From Halocafeteria seosinensis (Eukaryota), in assembly GCA_001687465.1 (NCBI GenBank), contig LVLI01000098.1, positions 1 through 64,000 on the forward strand: a stretch of DNA of 64,000 nt, written 5' to 3'. Below are positions 12,501 to 23,101 of this stretch, one piece after another (position 1 is the first letter of the stretch; every line of letters starts with the position of its first letter). Under the pieces are notes generated by a model that worked only from the letters and a program-made list of their open reading frames with translations, ran no database searches and was not told where the DNA came from. A program made the translations under genes and the position numbers.

Positions 12501-13301
12501 GCTCATCACGCACACACTAGGAGGTGAAGCTTATCTGAACTTTATGGGCAACGAATTCGGCCATCCCGAGTGGATCGACTTTCCGCGTGAAGGAAACGGA
12601 AACAGCTATTTCTACTGTCGAAGGTAAGCATCCCGCCATTTTCGCCGAGGTTTTTTTAGCGTGCTTAACCGCTGCTGTGGATCAGGCAATGGAATCTTGT
12701 CGACGACGATACATTGCGCTTTAAGTTCCTATGGGAGTTCGATCACCAAATGCAAATGCTGGAAGAAAAATACCGGTGGCTTTCTATACCCGTAAGAAAT
12801 TTAATTGCGTATACTCTAATATAAAACCATCTATCTTGTTGAATGCATGAGAATTCAGGACAAGTTCATCTCGCTGAAGCACGAAGTTAACAAGGTGATT
12901 GCCTTTGAGAGAGGTACTGGCAGCAGCACACTGCTGTTCGTATTCAACTTCCACCCGACGGAAAGCTACCAAGATTATCCTATAGGTTCCCCTTTGCCAG
13001 ATAAGTAAGTGTTTCTCCATTGTCGGTGTGTTGTACAAAGGATTATATGGTTATTTTCCCGAAACTGCAGATGGGTCATTGCTATGGACAGTGACTGGGG
13101 TGAATTCGGCGGTCATGAACGAGTTGATCGGCGTTGTGAATACTTCCCAGAGAAAGAAAAATGGTGCGAGCGGCCTTATCGAATTAAAGTACGTGGGTTT
13201 TGCCATTAATTATGGGCAGTATTCCGCGAACGGAAGGGAGTTTGTTGATGCAGATGTATCTTCCTGCTCGATCTGTGCTGGTGCTAAGGCAAGACAGTTA
13301 G
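9501..13301 (+). CDS. GBE1: 1,4-alpha-glucan (glycogen/starch) branching enzyme, GH13, with N-terminal CBM20-like module; many short introns
   Basis: [71 protein letters not shown] and [19 protein letters not shown] across exons; N-terminal [15 protein letters not shown]...KWQ|QGDN. Confidence 0.95.
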
Positions 13302-14044
13302 GCCGAACACCGTTCCATGGTGGTAGATACAAGGATAGGGCAGTGAAGAAATAGAGTTGGTAATCATTGCGTTAGGTTATGTGTCTCCTCATCTTCCATT
13401 GAAAAAAGACTAGCTACAGCACGGTATTCTGCATACCGGGAATTACACAGGAAATTGTACCGGTAGGTGTATGCCAGCGACAATTTATCGGTTTGTAGCG
13501 GAGTCCTGAGGTGGCAATTCGGGTCCTCAAGATTCCTGTGCCTTTCCAGTTTTCGTGAATTTTCAAAGTTGCTTGCCCGTTTTCTCGCTCACCTGGTGGC
13601 GTTTCTAAAATCAGCCCTTCTTCCACATCGATACGCGCTGGACCATGATCAGTTCCACCTGATCTTATAGCTACATTGAATATCAAGGACGCTTCCTCCG
13701 TTGACGTCGCGAGAAGTAGGAGGATTTTGTTGAAGTTGGTGCGGAGGACGCGTCTTGAACGGGAGGGTGTTGGTGGCGGATCAATTACTGTGCGGCCTTC
13801 AGGATTGACATTTTGCAGTCGGGCAGAGCAAGATAACTTTCCAGAGAAGTTTATCGGAACACTTCTTAAACATAGAAAGCACCAAAGGCTTTGTTGGACC
13901 TTGCATCCGCATAGTAACTTGAGGATCTAGCCTAGTAGCTTATCTACCTGACAAAAGGTGAGTGCAGAAATTTCCCGAGTGACTTCAACCTACTTTTTCC
14001 AGCGGAAACGAGATATAGAGTTGCATTATTCACACAAATTATTT

Positions 14045-15529
14045 ATGGATGTTATCCTCCATTCAACCGACTGTCCTTATATCTTCATGTCTTCTTCGCA
14101 GTTTCCCAAAATGTATAAGCGATACTCGATTTACGAACGCTACATGTTCACAGATTACAATGAACTCTGCGATCGGGTATCTCGCTGCGTCTCCGAGGCA
14201 GAGAGCAACTATGACCCGTCATATCGCGAGCATTTTCGTCAGGTATTCGCCGAGACCATGAAGAAGCAACATTTTATCCCAGCTGGCAACACGTTATTGG
14301 CGGGGAAGAAGAACATACAGCCGAACTGCTGTATTATTGGACGCGTAACCGATAAAAACTTTGACTGCATCCGCACACGATCGCGTACACTCTGGAAAAA
14401 CGGAGTAGGTATTGGTTTCGATCTGACTGGGCTTTCCGATCCAGTGAAAGGCCTCAAACTTCTTTCAGAGGACAACAGCCGGATTGATCTGGGACATAGA
14501 CCGCAACGTGGGAACATGGCTGTACTGAGGTTATCTCATCCACGTTCGATGGAATTTATCCACTGCAAGACCAACAATCCCCAGTCAATCTACAATTTCA
14601 ACATTTCACTAGCAGTTATGGATGAGGAAATGGACGCAGCAATCCGAAGTGATACAGTACCGAAGTGGCTTGAGCAGGTGAGCGCGGCCATTTGGGCGAC
14701 CGGAGATCCTGGACTTGTTTTCTTGGACAGAGCAAATGAGGGTGTATCATGCGATGCCAAAGAGAGCCTTGGAGAACTAGAGACATGTGTACCGTGCGGT
14801 GAACAATTTATGCACACCAACGAGACTTGCAACCTTGGCTCACTGAATCTCCCGACATTTTGGACAGATACACATGGATTCAAGGAAAACCTATTTCGTG
14901 AGCAGATTCGTATCTCGCTCAGATTCCTTGACAATGTAGTGGACCTATTGGACATCCCAGATAAAACGATGAGGGCAGTATCTCGTAGCGTACGACGTGT
15001 AGGACTTGGGGTTATGGGCTTTGCAGATCTACTCAAAGATGTTGGTGTGGACTATTCAAGTGACGAAGCCATCAAGTGGGCTCATCGCATCGGCCAAATC
15101 CTGGAAGAGGAAGCTGAAGCCTCGACGAGAAGACTGGGTACGGAACGAGGGGGTTTCAAACTTCCTAATTCTCACCACGAATCTCCTCGGAGGAATTTAA
15201 CAACCACCTGCATCGCACCTACTGGAGGAATATGCCTTCTGACTGGCAATCGTGGTTTCTCTGTAGAGCCATTCCAAGAGGAAAGCTTGAAAATTTCCCC
15301 GATGCAGCACGTTGTAGTCCAAGCCACTTGGCAGCAACACGTTGAGAATTGCATCAGTAAAACTATTGGGTTCAGCAAGGATTCGACGATAACGAACATC
15401 GCCGATGCATTAAAGTTCTGTTATACCGAGAAATGCAAAGGGATAACAGCTTTCCGAGATGGCTCGCGCAAGGAAGGAAATCCTATCTCCTACTGTTCGG
15501 AATGTGCGAAATTCGCAGGATATATGTAA
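14045..15529 (+). CDS. nrdJ: Ribonucleotide reductase, class II (NrdJ-like, presumed adenosylcobalamin-dependent), short and intronless; start may be 14045 or 14111
   Basis: RGNMAVLRLSHP, NFNISL, GDPGLVFLDRAN, PCGEQ...ETCNLGSLNL, RFLDNVVD, RRVGLGVMGFAD, IAPTG, QATWQQHVENCISKT, CKGITAFRDGSR and terminal CxxC. Lacks the class I YY dyad; no ferritin-like partner gene in the window. Confidence 0.85.
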   Translation: MDVILHSTDCPYIFMSSSQFPKMYKRYSIYERYMFTDYNELCDRVSRCVSEAESNYDPSYREHFRQVFAETMKKQHFIPAGNTLLAGKKNIQPNCCIIGRVTDKNFDCIRTRSRTLWKNGVGIGFDLTGLSDPVKGLKLLSEDNSRIDLGHRPQRGNMAVLRLSHPRSMEFIHCKTNNPQSIYNFNISLAVMDEEMDAAIRSDTVPKWLEQVSAAIWATGDPGLVFLDRANEGVSCDAKESLGELETCVPCGEQFMHTNETCNLGSLNLPTFWTDTHGFKENLFREQIRISLRFLDNVVDLLDIPDKTMRAVSRSVRRVGLGVMGFADLLKDVGVDYSSDEAIKWAHRIGQILEEEAEASTRRLGTERGGFKLPNSHHESPRRNLTTTCIAPTGGICLLTGNRGFSVEPFQEESLKISPMQHVVVQATWQQHVENCISKTIGFSKDSTITNIADALKFCYTEKCKGITAFRDGSRKEGNPISYCSECAKFAGYM

Positions 15530-15600
15530 AAACACCAAACTATAGTCACTCTTAAACAAAACGCTTCACCCACGTATTTTCTGCATAATAAATGAACTCC

Positions 15601-15800
15601 CTGGCAGACTTCCTTTGCGACAAATGCTGCTGCTTCAAGTCGTGGCAGACTCAATGTCATCCTCGGAAAACAACGTCGATAGTATGCCTACAAGTTACTG
15701 GCCACACTCACGGTACGATTCCGACATAATTGTTCGCTCGATTGGCAATGAATAGGAGCATACAAGAGTGGATCTCGTAGGCAGACTAGCCGCGGACGTT
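15601..15800. repeat. Direct repeat, copy 1 (pairs with 19007-19202)
   Basis: Shared blocks CTGGCAGACTTC, CTCAATGTCATCCTCGGAAAACAA, CCACACTCACGGTAC, ATAATTGTTCGCTCGATTGGCAATGAAT. Confidence 0.9.
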
Positions 15801-15953
15801 GATCAGGTAGCGGATGTACCGCCGGGCTGAACCGATTTCCCGGCCCCCGAGCCGAGGCCAAAATTGTCCAACCGCTGGTGGCCATCCGTCATACCCTCGT
15901 CGACGGGGTATTTGAACATCTACAATGGTACTCCCAGTTCCGAGAACTTCCAA

Positions 15954-18575
15954 CTACTCCGCTTCCAGTGCCTCCACAAATATTGATTTAATTGTGGCGT
16001 ACTGTACGTTCACATCCGGTTGCCCCTGACCTCCCCAAAGTGTATTGAGACGGGGGCGAGACCTTTTACCCAATCCGCCGTCAAACGTTACTGCAGGGCT
16101 TCCATGACCCTCCGGCTCAACGTAAACCACCACGTATCCCGAAACTCTTAGTCCCTCCACTTGCTCCATTGTTTGAATAGCATCTTCCAAATGCTCAGTT
16201 TTCCCACCGTGCGTTTCTCCAAGTGTAACCTGCAAAGATATCACTCTCATGTCGCCATCTGTCTCAATGCGTTCTAGCAATACAAGGTCGAAGGTGCCCT
16301 GGTTCCATTTAGAGGGCACCCATAGCACGTGTGTGTCCCCCAATGGTAGAACTGCGACAAGCTCTTGTATTGTGCCGCTAACGATACGGAACGACATCCA
16401 TGTCTTCAGTCCTGGAGAAATGCGAATCTGTGGGGATAAATTGGTTGTAGGCAAAAGCTCTAGAGAGAGCTCCTCCTTCTTTTTCGCCGACCCAATGACC
16501 TCGTGTTCAAACACCCAACCATTGAACGTCGGGTTGTTCATGCTACGGGCCGTCAGCGCCAGTTGTTGCATAAGTTGCCCGGCATCTCGCATAATCAGCT
16601 TCTCCAATACTTTATCACTGACGAAATTGTATCCGATGGGTCGGCCGGTACTCCGATTGGCTAGTGCCGAGTTCGGATGTAGCTCTGCTTTAAGCAAATG
16701 CGTGACAGCTGTGCTTGTATTCGGACCCATGTTCAAGCCCAAAAGGTTAGGGTAGTCATCAACGTTGTAAAGGCACCTGTCAATATCTTCAGTCACTTCT
16801 TGGTGAGAAAACGCAAAGAACCACCTGGCAGAGCCACCGGCAAGCTCGTATTTCTAGTAAATCGCGGTACGTATTTCCTCGCAAGTGTCAGCTTCCGCAC
16901 CAGAGATACTCGTTAAAGTATCGACAATGCAATCGCGATGCTTCTTGTATAGGGGACTTCCACGGTTTCTTATGATGCAAGCCTCCAAGTAATCTTGCAC
17001 AGTCCATGACGTCATTTCAAAGACACTCCATGGCCCTTCTTCTCTTTTGGGTAAGTCTCTCTTACCAGAGGAGATGCAGATTACTGTGCGTTCTGTACCT
17101 TTCTCCCGCCAGCGGTTTGCCGCAGGACAGATCCTTGTATCCCCACACTCATTGAGACCCTCCAAGATGATTGTCTCGATAGTGGGTTAAATTCGAGGCT
17201 ACGAAAAAGTTGCACCAGGGCATCCACTCCGTCGGGCTCAACAACGGCGAACTCCACTCTAGCATTCTTCGTAAGACCCGGAGGCTTCGGTTTTAGTCAC
17301 AAACACAACCACTGGGTCAAATTGCTTTCGACAGTGAATCCATAGGTACCCTTGTTGTCCTTGACGCTTTCGCGTTGATAGCCGGTTGAGTGTCGTACCC
17401 CACACAGTGGTAGATTTGCCAGAGCCTGGAACTCCCATGACAATCAGCCATCCGCCCGCCTTAAATCCATCTTCAACGAATTTTGACAAGACGTGTCACT
17501 TCTTCGCGTAGATAAAACGGTTCTGTTGGCGCAAACGAGCTACCCAACGCTATATCCAAAGAGCTCATATCATACATACGTTTCTCGTTTAAGGATTGAC
17601 ATTTCACGGTTCGGATCACACGTTGAGTAACAAGACTTGAAGGGACCCCTGCACAAAAGCAACAATATAATACAAAGGTAACGTCTGCTTTTAATGTCTA
17701 GTTACCTGAAGCAGCCGAACTTGATGCTGCGGCGCCTCCTGCAGGCAACCAACGCATAGTAGCCAAGCAACTCTGTGAAGATTTGACCCGATTTCTGCTC
17801 TTGATTTTCATCATTACTTACCTGCTCCGCCACTAGAACCCGAAGCTGCACCGCCTCCTGCAAATGAAAAACAAAGCATCAAAAGCCAAAGACATAGTAA
17901 AGAATGGAACCACCATAGCAGCATCTTTACACGAAGCTACTTACCACCGATGTACTCTCTACTTTGTCTAAATGCGAGGGTGCCCAAAACGTTGGCCGTA
18001 TTCGTGTGGTCCCTTCCAAGTAGCATCCTAAAGAGCGCTTGAGCCCCTGCTTCGGAGGTGAAAGGAACGTCTCCAAATTGCAGCATATCCTGCTCCACAT
18101 TTGCGACGCATTCTGTTTTCTGACTGTCAGATAACTGCCGCCGTTCATGCAACCACCTTATTAGCGCTCGATGCGCTGCATTGGACAATGAACGACGACG
18201 GAAAAGACCAAGGGCATGGTGCTTTGTGCATCCAGAATGCCAGCGATGGCGATTCTGAGGAGTCACGTACGGTCGGCAGGGTGCTGTTGCTCGCCTTCGT
18301 TTCGCCCTTGTCCTTCTGTGTGACAGCAAAAGTAGAAATCAAATGTATGCTGGTACGTTTCAGGGTATCCCGATGAGATAAATATTAGGAAGGAAGCAAC
18401 AGAGAACAAGAGTAACGGAAGGAACTGAACTTCAGTTACTGAAGTTGACCCCATCCTTGAACGCACCAGAGAACAGGAAGGGCCTGGGCGGGGAAAAGGG
18501 AGTAGCATCGTACGTACCGTGTCGGGTGCGCTTTCTCCTTCGAGTGGCTGTCTTTCCGGAGGATGACGACATCAT
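15954..18575 (-). pseudogene. Crinkler (CRN/RHS)-type P-loop NTPase plus restriction-endonuclease-like protein, disrupted
   Basis: Walker A GVPGSGKST, Walker B-like IILEG, ISSGK, WTVQDYLEAC, AGGSARWFF, GWVFE and PSKWNQGTFDLV...LQVT...H. In-frame TAG at 16854-16856 and frameshifts near 17490, 17280 and 17185. Spliced N-terminal exons. Confidence 0.8.
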
Positions 18576-19006
18576 GAAGCTTATGAGAACTCTTTATTAC
18601 GGCCGGGAACGAGACTGAAGGGCCAGCGAAAGCCAGAAAAGACAAGTATCCGCTACAATGGAGCCAGAGAGACAACAATTCCAGAGTGTACATCTACCGG
18701 TAAAGCGACTTCCTGTCTAGTCCTTGGTTTGTCCGACTAACAACAGGTTTGTACGGCTGGTGTTATACCAGTGTATAGTATACACAACCACAGGATTGTG
18801 CGTGTACATTCAACTTCAACTCAGTCCGTTTCCAATCGCACCATCGTTGGGACTTGATTGTCCTGCATCCCCTGATGCGCAAGCTCCAATGCCTTGATTA
18901 GTCCTTCATCTCGGCCTCCATACTGGTCCGTTTGGCCCCAAGGTATTGTGACCACCATTGTAGAACCACCGGGGTGCACTGATGTGGTAAGACACTGCCC
19001 CAGCCG

Positions 19007-19202
19007 CTGGCAGACTTCGTTTACGACAAGTGCTGCTGCTCCAAGTCATGCCAAACTCAATGTCATCCTCGGAAAACAAGGTCGATAGTATGTCTACAAG
19101 TTACTAACCACACTCACGGTACAATTCAGGAATAATTGTTCGCTCGATTGGCAATGAATTTGCAAGGAACAGGAGTGGATCGGCAGACGAGTCGCGGACA
19201 TT
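19007..19202. repeat. Direct repeat, copy 2 (pairs with 15601-15800)
   Basis: Same shared blocks as copy 1; adjacent minus strand (~18820-19050) reads like a decayed coding frame. Confidence 0.9.
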
Positions 19203-19515
19203 GGTCGGGTCGACGAAGACTCTTGAACAAACGAGTGTAGGTCGAAATTCCAAGTAATCAACTCCTTCTTCCTCCTCAAAACTACTTAGCCGATACAGAA
19301 GAATATATATTCAACACTTGAGCCGAGTGACTCCATCCTTCCTGTTGGGGGAAGAGCTATGGCGGAGACTCTTGGGGGTCTCGCTCGTGTGAACCACTCG
19401 GAGCCGTGGGTGATGATGTCACCATCCTCGATCATTCGATTGTTCTCATAGGATTGCCCTGTGGTTAACCTATCCCATCAGTCAAGTTATCTCATTGGGT
19501 CACCAGTTTCAGTAT

Positions 19516-22212
19516 ATGTTTCGTTGGCTGGGGAAAATGCAGGAGGAATACGATCAAAATCAGGACTCGCAGCGGCAGCGCCTCCTGCCTAGCAACGGGG
19601 GTCCAGAGGTAGCACAGAACAACTCTATAGAACCTACGCGTGGATATACTGGCGGTCAAGGGAATTCATCTCCCGTCAGCGTTAATGGGGACAACCATCG
19701 CCGTGGAGGTAGGGACGTGGAGCAAGCCCCGCGTCCTCCCCAAGCCCGTCTCTTTGGTGCGTCAAGGGCTCGACGGGATCCACAAGAGTATGAAGAGTGG
19801 ACTATAGTTTGTGAAGAGATTGCCACAGCGCCGCATCCCTTGCCAAATCAGCAAAGAAAATTGTGGATACCTTGTATTTTCGACAGCAGCTGTGAAGAGG
19901 GAAACGGGACACGTGCCAGTCAATCATTCCCTCCGCAAGAGTGGAAAGCTGTGTATGATCGCAAGATGAATGAGAGAAATCGGCAGATTGAGGGAGACAA
20001 CAATGATGGTATTCGAGATGACAATGCCGCTGCTAGGGTAAGGAATCTGTGGAATGATGAACCCGAAGAACCGCAGCAATGGAGATTTATAGGCCACGAT
20101 TCTTCCCCTGAAGAAACACGGCAATATCTTAAGTGTGCCGACATTCCGATATTCTGCTTATACAGAGACAAAGAAAAGTGGCGCCAGGTCGGCTACAGCT
20201 GGTTGAAAGAAGCACTGGAAACCAGTAAAAACCACTTACAAGGTGTGGTCTTTCTTCTGGGCGGTTCTCGCGACGATGACACAAGGGATGTGCAGGATTT
20301 CTACCGAAACCAGGTGAAAGAAGCCTTCCGAAGGAACGGGGCGAAGTGCAGAGTGGTCTGTTGTGTCACGGGAGAAGGAGCGAGTCCGCAGCAACTGGTG
20401 CAAAAGGCCATCAGCTATATATGCGACCAGGTCCGCGAATGCGAACACGTGGACACGTCGTTCAATGTTGTCGAAGCAAGTGTTCCAGAAGAAGTACAAT
20501 TCAATGTTTTGTTTTTTCTTGAGGCTTGGACGATAGGTCTACTTGGGGGTATCCTGACCTTCTTTGGAAGTTTGGGGCGATGGGCGGTGCGACAGTGTGA
20601 GCAGTTTCCCGGAGCTAAATTCAAAGTCAGAGACCCGGAAGAGTATGAGCAAAGTGCTCTACAGCGGGAGCATCCCGACGCTTTTTATTTCTACATGATG
20701 ACCAAACGTGCCGAGTGTTGCGCTCGAGGATGCAGGGTCAAGTCCATACGCACAATTTGGGGACCACCAAAGACGTTTTTCGTGCGCTACCCATGGGCTG
20801 CATTCGCCGACTCACATCGAGCTAATCAACCTGTCACAGATAAACTACCTCTGTTGATGCGGCCGAAACTAGCCCTATCCATTGGGTTTTTAGTAATCCA
20901 TATGGCGTTGTCGGTGTTTTTTGCTTTTTGCATAAAATACGGCCTTGTTTTACCGGATACCCCTGAACATCGGTTGCCTAGACTGGCTGCACATCAAGGA
21001 TTTGCCTTTTATATAGCGGTAAGTTTGTTCTACGCTTCATGGGCAGCGACAACAACGAGAGAGACAACCTCGAGTGAAATTCGTAACAATCAGCGCCTTG
21101 TTCTGGCTCAAAGAGATAAAACTTTGAAGAAGCTTTTTAACGACCTCGAGTCAAGCGATGCAGCAGAGAGAAAATGGGAGGCCAACGATCCTGTGGATGT
21201 CACACAGAGCGTTACAAGGGAGTTGCGCAATTCACTAGAGCCCGCTGATACAGAGGAAGTAGCCAATCAACTCAAAATCGTACATCAGGAAAACATGAAC
21301 AAAAGGTGGTTTCTCGTCTCACTGATCGCTGGTGTAATCGCCTTCGTTCTGCATCTCGGGGTCGAAAGTTTGGTCGTAGTGGATCCTCGCTACGAGGGGA
21401 AGCGTTTGAGTTTTGAACATCGAGCGTGGTACTGGAGTGCAAATACGGTGACAGCTGCAATCTTCGCCGTGTCGATATATTTCATGATGTTTAAAGCAGG
21501 AGGTTCGCTGTATTTGGCAACGAGGCTAATGGACTCATTGACTGAGATGCTTGATAACGGGAGAGTGATGGATCTACGGCCCCTTTCTGCCTGCCGAAGA
21601 TGTATGACTTGCTATTACGGGTGTTTTGCACCCATCCGTCGCGAAAGTCCACGGTATTTGCCGATCTTCTTCCCGAAGAACGTCTACGGCTGGCTAATTT
21701 TGCGCCAAGAACTGTTCCAGTATGCTCACTATGCCTTTGCTGAGTCAGCAGGCCTTCTTTTGGTTCCGATTCTCTTCACGGCTTTTGCAGTTGGCTACTC
21801 CATTGTAGTGTGGGTAAAAGGTCAGGATATCCTCCTACGCGGCACAGTTCCATTGGATATTCTGCTCGGAGCCCTCATGATTCTTTTCATCGCATACAAA
21901 GCATCCCGTCTTGAGGATATCCAAGAACGCCAGAAAACGATATTGGGAGTTCAGAATGCCCACATTGAAAAGCTCATCCATGAACTCGAAGGTAAGAGTC
22001 CTGGGGATAGTGAGGTCGTCGTACTTCTTCGCCAGGCGTCAGCAGCTATCTCTGTTGTGCAATCGTTCGTACGGGACAATACCCTCGTTCCCACTGTATG
22101 GCCTGGTATTCTCTTAACGAAGGAACGTATCAGTGGTATTGCTGTGCTCCTTACAGCTCTCCTTCCGCCAATTTTCGAATTCTCAATGAGCAAGCTACGA
22201 AATCTTGAGTAA
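19516..22212 (+). CDS. Uncharacterised multi-pass membrane protein, paralog 1
   Basis: ~900-aa ORF with ~8 hydrophobic segments in the C-terminal half; closely similar to 23102-26099. Confidence 0.85.
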   Translation: MFRWLGKMQEEYDQNQDSQRQRLLPSNGGPEVAQNNSIEPTRGYTGGQGNSSPVSVNGDNHRRGGRDVEQAPRPPQARLFGASRARRDPQEYEEWTIVCEEIATAPHPLPNQQRKLWIPCIFDSSCEEGNGTRASQSFPPQEWKAVYDRKMNERNRQIEGDNNDGIRDDNAAARVRNLWNDEPEEPQQWRFIGHDSSPEETRQYLKCADIPIFCLYRDKEKWRQVGYSWLKEALETSKNHLQGVVFLLGGSRDDDTRDVQDFYRNQVKEAFRRNGAKCRVVCCVTGEGASPQQLVQKAISYICDQVRECEHVDTSFNVVEASVPEEVQFNVLFFLEAWTIGLLGGILTFFGSLGRWAVRQCEQFPGAKFKVRDPEEYEQSALQREHPDAFYFYMMTKRAECCARGCRVKSIRTIWGPPKTFFVRYPWAAFADSHRANQPVTDKLPLLMRPKLALSIGFLVIHMALSVFFAFCIKYGLVLPDTPEHRLPRLAAHQGFAFYIAVSLFYASWAATTTRETTSSEIRNNQRLVLAQRDKTLKKLFNDLESSDAAERKWEANDPVDVTQSVTRELRNSLEPADTEEVANQLKIVHQENMNKRWFLVSLIAGVIAFVLHLGVESLVVVDPRYEGKRLSFEHRAWYWSANTVTAAIFAVSIYFMMFKAGGSLYLATRLMDSLTEMLDNGRVMDLRPLSACRRCMTCYYGCFAPIRRESPRYLPIFFPKNVYGWLILRQELFQYAHYAFAESAGLLLVPILFTAFAVGYSIVVWVKGQDILLRGTVPLDILLGALMILFIAYKASRLEDIQERQKTILGVQNAHIEKLIHELEGKSPGDSEVVVLLRQASAAISVVQSFVRDNTLVPTVWPGILLTKERISGIAVLLTALLPPIFEFSMSKLRNLE

Positions 22213-23101
22213 AACTAACGCTGTGAGATTGTGCTACTGTAGACGCAAGTGTAATATTAAGCGATTGATATTCTTTTCCAATGAGTATTGACTAACCACA
22301 CATTTTTATCATACAGCCAACAGTTTAGATTGAAACTGTCAACGAAGCATGAGTGGTAGTGTCTACAGCGATGCTCATATAATTTATGTCCACAGTTTCT
22401 GAGCATTGAATCAGTGGGACATATGCTTAATTTACTTCAATTCCTTTTGGGCAGACTCATCTCCGACGTTGAGAGAACCGATTGTTACTGGAAGAAAACT
22501 GTGGGGTATGAATCTCCTATTTTTAAGAATGTCAAATTCACAATTCGCTGGGTACAAGTGGTAAAGCTGAGGCATAGTTGCATTGAGTCACGGGACGCTA
22601 TGATCAGGAAAATAATGAACTCTACTTTATCTACCCAAGTTGGGTCCCCAACCTATTTCTCGAGGACATCATTGACGTGACATCTTCGCCCAGGAGTGGT
22701 CAGCATGCATGTGCATGACTCATGAGCAAGTTGGGCTCTGATTTCCCCGTAGGAAATATGCACTCTGCCAGCATATGCATTTATATGTTTATCCTTCGCT
22801 CAATCGGCCGTATCATTCCGAGTTTCCAATCAACAGAACTGAGCGAACAACATGAGCCATGATGACAAATGAAGCATGAAAACCAAAACGGATCCACTGA
22901 TGGGGTAGCCGATGTATTGTTGACTGTTGTTGTTAGAGTCACCTTAATAATATATGTACCAGCACAACATGTGTTCTGCGGAATTTCCTTGGTGTGAACC
23001 ATACGGTGTCACCCGCACCGACCGATCGGACATCAGTTGTTCTCACAGGTTTGTTCTGGAGGAACCACGGCACCGAAGTTGGCCCAGAGGCTTTTTGAAC
23101 C

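Noticed and set aside
14045..15529. Class I RNR large subunit or intein-containing RNR
   Set aside because: No C-terminal YY dyad or ATP cone, NrdJ-type motifs throughout, and no insertion in the catalytic finger
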